Positions 54,493 to 60,268 of a stretch of DNA of 60,268 bases are shown one piece after another. The DNA comes from Paraglomus brasilianum (taxonomy: Eukaryota), in assembly GCA_910592345.1 (NCBI GenBank), contig CAJVPI010000076.1, positions 1 through 60,268 on the forward strand. The letters run 5' to 3'. The notes beneath the pieces were generated by a model. The model ran no database searches, was not told where the DNA came from, and saw only the letters and a program-made list of their open reading frames with translations. Position 1 is the stretch's first letter. Every line of letters begins with the position of its first letter. Both the position numbers and the translations under genes were made by a program.

Positions 54493-55723
54493 GAATGAAG
54501 ACCGCGTGGTTGTATTTATGCGGAACGTTGGTTTAATTAGCAAGCATTGTTATTTTTAATGCGAATAATTTAATTGATCGTTCTTCCGCATCAACAGTTA
54601 TTATGTATTTCATGCCTTGCCTTGCCGGCACTTGGACAAGGGTTTTATATATAGTGTGTAGTGGGGCCGCCCGATTTCATTGGTCGGCCTTTAGCATTTT
54701 GTCGATGGACAAGTTTAATCTTAGAATGCATTTCACGACTACTAGTGCGGGGAACTCATCCCAAGAGAAATGTAATCATACGACTCCTGTTGTTAAAAGC
54801 AAAATTATGCTTTCTCATAATTGTAATATATTTCTGTTTTTTCGAATAATTTTAACCATAATATCAACGTTAATCCATCTAGTGTATTCATGCTAATTAT
54901 AATAATCAATAATCTGCAAATTGTAATCAAACTAAGATATGAACACAGAATCGATCGTGCAATTTGTTGTTTGACGATCAATTTTTAATCTATAGAGTTA
55001 ACAGAATATGAACAATAAAAGCAACGTAGAATTCTTGAGACAGTACGTGCTTCTGAGGCAAATTCTGCATCGGAATTAGAATTGGAATTAATTTACTTTT
55101 TTTTATATGAAATCATCATGACAATTGATAATAATAAACAATGTAAATTTTCTTTTACTAACGCGCGAGAACGGACAGATTGCAACTGTAAATTTAGCCG
55201 GTGCACCAGAAGCTGTGCCTGTAAAATTAAATAGCAAGGAACATGTTTGGGAGATTATAGACAGTACTTTGCCAAAGATCTAATGAGGTATAACTATTTG
55301 TTAAAATAACATGGTGTACAATAATTAAAGCAATCGGGTCACACCACAATTGCTAAGCTATGTACGTAATATTTAATAAGCTATAGCAACACACATCCTT
55401 GGCGTTCTATCCAACGTTTTCAAATCCTGCACTATCAGACATTTCCCCTGACCAGAATAATAATACAAAGACACAATATTTAAAACAAATTCTTCTGTGT
55501 TACCGTTCTAGCAATGCTGCTCGAGCAGTCGTTTAACAAAGCAAATCTATTGTTCTCTCCGTAGTTTTTCTTAAAATTGTCTACCGCCTTTTCACTCAGT
55601 GCTTCTATTTAGTAATATTTCACAATTTCGCCTCACTACAATCCCAATCGATCCAATCTTAATCTCATAATATACCAAACAGATTTTCAAGTCTATTCAA
55701 TAAATAACTCCCTTTTCTAAAAA

Positions 55724-58700
55724 TTATGCCTTCCATGAATTTCCCCATATACATACGGTCCGCTCTTTATCTGCACTAAATAAATGCGTGCCTTGAGGAC
55801 TCCAGGATACGCCACATATTGCAGCACTAAATCATGATAGAGAGACAAATTAATTAGATAGTGCGAGTTACATCAATCATATAATTATAATGTGAATGCA
55901 TTACTTGTGCTCCTTTGCTGTTTTTTCAAGTTTCGACTTGGTCGTGTTCCAATAATATATCGTTCCATCTATCGAGACAACATAGCGATTAGTTGAACTC
56001 AGCAAATACATTGCTTAAAAAGTTGTAGCAAATGGTTGTTATTGATTACCTATTGATCCAGCAGCGACAAATTGACCGTCAGGACTGAGTAGAAGAACAA
56101 CAGGAGCAAAGGAGATTAGTCAGTATATCAAGGGTCGATGTATTCCTAAAAGCATAACGTGTGATCGCACTTGCCGTCCACTCTTATCTTTTATTCTTAC
56201 CTGAAGCATGCACGTGACCAGTTTGCACCATTTTTGTATCCTTCGGCACTGGTTTATAAAATAAGAATAAGCTAAACAACGTCGTTCGTATCATGCTCCA
56301 TTCTTAACGTTATGGGCGACTTACTGTAGTGTCTGGACTACTTCATACGACCTCAAATCGACTATTTTCAATGTATTATCGCGCGAACTAGTCAGTACTT
56401 TCGATCCATCTATAATTAAAAACATGATATTTAGTATTGCGTATCTTTCATATAACAAGCAGGCTGCCCATAGTACCTGGTGAAACTGAGACAGATGTAA
56501 TTTGTCCCAGATGTATGCCTGTCATCTCTTTGATATCTTTTCCAGATCTCACATCCCAGAAACGAAGATTGTTGTCAAGATGGCCGGACGCTAAGGTAGA
56601 TCTTACGAATGGAAAACATCGTACTTGCGTATAAGTCGAATTTATCCAACATTATTTACGGCATTTACAAATACGTACCCATCGTCGTCAAGGAGCACAA
56701 CATCGTTGCAACTTGAGAATGAGAATATTGTTCGTATGCCTATAAACATTCAATTAAATAAGCTATTGGGTAATGCTTTTTTAGCGAATGTACAATTAAT
56801 GACGACTTACAATAGCCTTTTTGTAGGTCCCATACTTTAATTGTCCTGTCGTGACTTCCTGTAATCTAAATATAAAAAAAAAAATAGCTGATATAGGTAT
56901 CGCGAGCACGACTAAATAATACGAACCATTCGTCACAGTATAATTACCACTCGAGACGAATCACCGTTGAATCGCGCAGAGTATACTTTTCCGATATGTC
57001 CAGTTAACGTATGCTAGAAATTAACGAGAAAGCGTATAAGCCATGATAATAGTAAAGGTATGGCATTATGGTTATATATTACGTACTCTAATCCGGCCTG
57101 TTGCTATATGCCACAGCCGTGTAGCGTTATCATTGCTTGCGCCCGCTATCATCTCATTTGTACTATTGAAACAGACATGCATTACGGATTGCAACGATCC
57201 GGATAATGGAGGACGAGGGTTTCCTACAAGTATGTTGACAAGCATGCAAGTCAATTCACATAAAGAAACAGTACCTTTTGGTCTCAGTAGCAACTCCCAT
57301 AAATTAACACTTGTTCTTGCAATTAACAAACTCGACATGCATGCTGTACAGACCTCTAGCATCGTATATCCGTATGGTCTTATCACTGCTTCCAGTAGCA
57401 AACATGTTACCATCAGTTGACGTTTGAACAGAGAGTATTTCACCGTCATGTGACATCTGTCAATTACGACGATTACTCAAGTGTTTGATGTAAATGAAAG
57501 CAATTGAGAGGCGGAGTGAGAAATAACTATTACAAATTTGCGGAGAGTAGCTGTTGGAATGGTGGCTGTCACAAGCGTCTTGGAGCCCGAACGAGTCCTT
57601 TAGATCAATAAAAAGAAAATGTCAATACTGCATAATAGTAGCAATAAAATAATAACCATTAATTCAAATGCGTGTTTAATCGTATATTAACTTTACTCAT
57701 ATTACTAGCGTACACAACTATATATTTACACAAGAAAAGTATTAGTTCATGCCTTGAAAGTCCCGTGGATGTCTCTGGCATAGTGACACTTCTTGCTGTA
57801 GGAGACGTAGCCTCCTTTTCAACGATGACAACACCACTCTGTATTTCAAGAGCTTTCTGTCTCATCTCCATGGTACTAGAGAATAGTAAAGGAAGTTAGT
57901 ATACAGAACATAATTGTAGATGGATTTTAAAATGGGCAATATATAGCAAAACTGTTTGCGCTATACGATCTAACGTCAATCATACCTTTCATAAAACAGA
58001 TTTGCTTCGTTCATTTTTTCAGCTTCTTCATTCTTTTTCTTAAGCCACCTTTGAAGTAATTGTTTATTCTCCTTTTCCAGATCTTTCATGCGCTCTCCAG
58101 TCTTCACTAGTTCTAATTGAAGGGTTGCCACTTCATCTTGGAGGACCTATATCAATATTGTTGTGCAATATCATGTTAAGTATAGCACTTAAACGTACAA
58201 AGCTCAGTTTCCCCATTGCTAACCTGTATTATGCCATCCTTAGTATTTAAAGTTTGTGTTTTCTGATTGACTTGAGTGTTCAATATCTGGTTAGCTTCGG
58301 TCAATATCTGAACACTTAGTTATACAAAAAAAAAAAAAAAAAAAAAAAACAACTCGGAGTTAACAACTCAACACAAATCCACACTGAAATTTTAATACAA
58401 TGATTTTCATAATCTCGACGTTAACCACGCCTACATACTCTTCCAAATTCTTTTTGGACTCCTCCTCAGTCTTTCTTAGTAAATCGTTCATGTCTAGTAG
58501 TCTCTGTGCATTCGTTCCTTGGGTTTTGTACAATTCTGCCCGTTCCTCTTTAAGATTTGATATCTGCTCTTCAAGCTGAGCTGTACGTTGTTGGTTTAGT
58601 GGACTCCTGCATGGGGAATGACAATAAGAAATAAATCAACAAATAATTCATTTGTGCCAGCATTTCATGTAAGAATTGCGAAAAGCTCCCGAAACTTATG

Positions 58701-59145
58701 GAAAAGGTAATCCATTCGATTGACAATAATCCTAGACTCACCCTTGTTCTCTGAGTATCTTGGTTTCCTCCAATAATCTAGTATTTTCTTCCTTAACTAT
58801 ATTATACTGTTGTTCGAGTTCGATGTTTCTCTCTGCATAATGGGCGAGTCTCTTCGCAAGTGCATTATCTAATCACCAGTACAAAAGATCAAATAAGACC
58901 AATGTCACATTTTACACCAATCTGTGCAAGTAACAAGTCTTTCTACTCTGTATCGCCAGTATTGGCTGCAATTACAACTCTAAATCCCAGTCGTAATTCT
59001 TACACGCTTCCACGAAATCACTGAATGCTTTCTCTCGTCGATCTCTGACCAGTAGCTTCACTAACAATTCCTGCTGCCAGTTCTCTGGTGGCGTGACATT
59101 TGACAAAGAGCTGTTTATGCTGTTTTGTGAAGTGATCGTTGACAT
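55724..59145 (-). CDS. ATG16: Autophagy protein 16, ATG16L-type with C-terminal WD40 repeats, multi-exon
   Basis: Exon 1 has the Atg5-binding helix WQQELLVKLLVRDRREKAFSDFVEA. Coiled coil ...QDEVATLQLEL...NKQLLQRWLKKKNEEAEKMNEAN. WD40 exons TLTGHIGKVYSARF, SGHLDNNLRFWD, GANWSRACFSPDG. Ends TVCIWGNSWKA*. Confidence 0.92.
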
Positions 59146-60161
59146 TTTGGGAAAGACGGTCGAAAGAATTACAAGCCATATATAAGCGGCGTAGCAGACA
59201 ACAGTTTAACTGACTATTTATCACGTGAGTTGAATATGTCGATCACATAGTAGAGGTGTTATGACTATAGTGTTGCTTGATGCGTTATCATTCTCAGGAA
59301 GAAGTAAGTGCTGCATCAAGAGTTCAGCAAGACTTTGAACTTTAATAGCTGATAACAACTGGGCATATTAAATCAAAGACAGTTTGTATATTGAAAAATA
59401 AAATTAAAGATACTTCATTGTGTCATGCCAACAACTGCGGGAGAACAGTCAATTGTCGGCACTATGAATTTGGCTACCTTCGAACGGAGAGTGGCTTCTC
59501 CTACTTATAGTTTAGTAAAATATACAGTTAGTGACCTTTACACAATGGATTAATTCGATAGTACCGGCTGGGGTACAAATGTGTTTTCAGTTATAATAAA
59601 CGCGTTTCATATTCAATAAGTAACAATTAATTATCGTAGATGCTACTCGGATAATCGCGGGACAAGCCCTTTTCCGATATAGGGATTAGTGGTTCAACGT
59701 CTATATCGAATAAATTCAGGGAACGAAATATCAAATTTGTAATAAATGAATGGAAACTTGAATACTCACACCGAAACCTACGCTGCTTTTACAGTAGGAT
59801 GCAAAAGTATCCCACCACTTCTGATATGGAACACAAATGAGTAAACGCTTTGAGAGTTTCCCGTATATAGTGTATGATAAACCCTGATCACTTATAAAAT
59901 TTCAGCTTGATCAGATGTCTCCAGTAAAAATTTACAAACATCCAATATTTGCCTCTAAACCAAATAAAAACATATAATAATAAAAACCCTACATCGTTTA
60001 TTTCAACATATACTTCAAAAATCCATATCTCCACATGTTTCTAATTGATTTGCGTGATATATTTTTTGTTTTGTTCTACGTATTTCTTTAGATGTGATGG
60101 CTATTATACTGTTATACGACGAATTTAATAATAGCATTTAAATAGCGATTTCGATTAATAC

Positions 60162-60268
60162 TGTTACGGTCGGGAATTAAATGGGGGTTTGCGGGGGATG
60201 TTACCAGGCTTAGCTCGTACTATCGCCCTTACTACGATAGTTGTGCAATTAAGACTGAATTAAGCCTC
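60162..60268 (+). mobile_element. Dispersed repeat family A, 5' end (runs off window)
   Basis: tgttacggtcgggaattaaatggggg...ggatgttaccaggcttagctcgtactatcgcccttactacgata is nearly the exact reverse complement of 48752-48890, with an internal deletion. Confidence 0.85.

Overview
AT-rich eukaryotic genomic DNA with short GT-AG introns. The gene content (SEL1-repeat and pseudokinase-SEL1 genes, HSPA12-type Hsp70, LaeA-like methyltransferase, WD40-containing Atg16, Helitron/hAT/pogo relics) points to an early-diverging fungus, probably Mucoromycota/Glomeromycotina; this is inferred. Apparently intact genes: Sds3-like protein, PUS3/DEG1, ferrochelatase, a 7TM GPCR-like gene, an Hsp70-like ATPase, a SAM methyltransferase, an APC amino-acid permease and ATG16(L). 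The most interesting part is a tandem pair of genes with MLKL-like architecture (N-terminal helical bundle, pseudokinase, SEL1-like tail). One copy carries a +1 frameshift just after the helical domain. The pair is diverged at the 5' end but near-identical at the 3' end, is separated by nested transposon relics, and lies next to WD40-type ATG16. Also found by manual translation and absent from the ORF track: an intron-containing pseudogene of a bacterial-type Uma2 (DUF820) endonuclease and a decayed PH/Sec7 gene. A high-identity SEL1 array shows hypervariable positions. All exon boundaries were read by eye and no searches were run.
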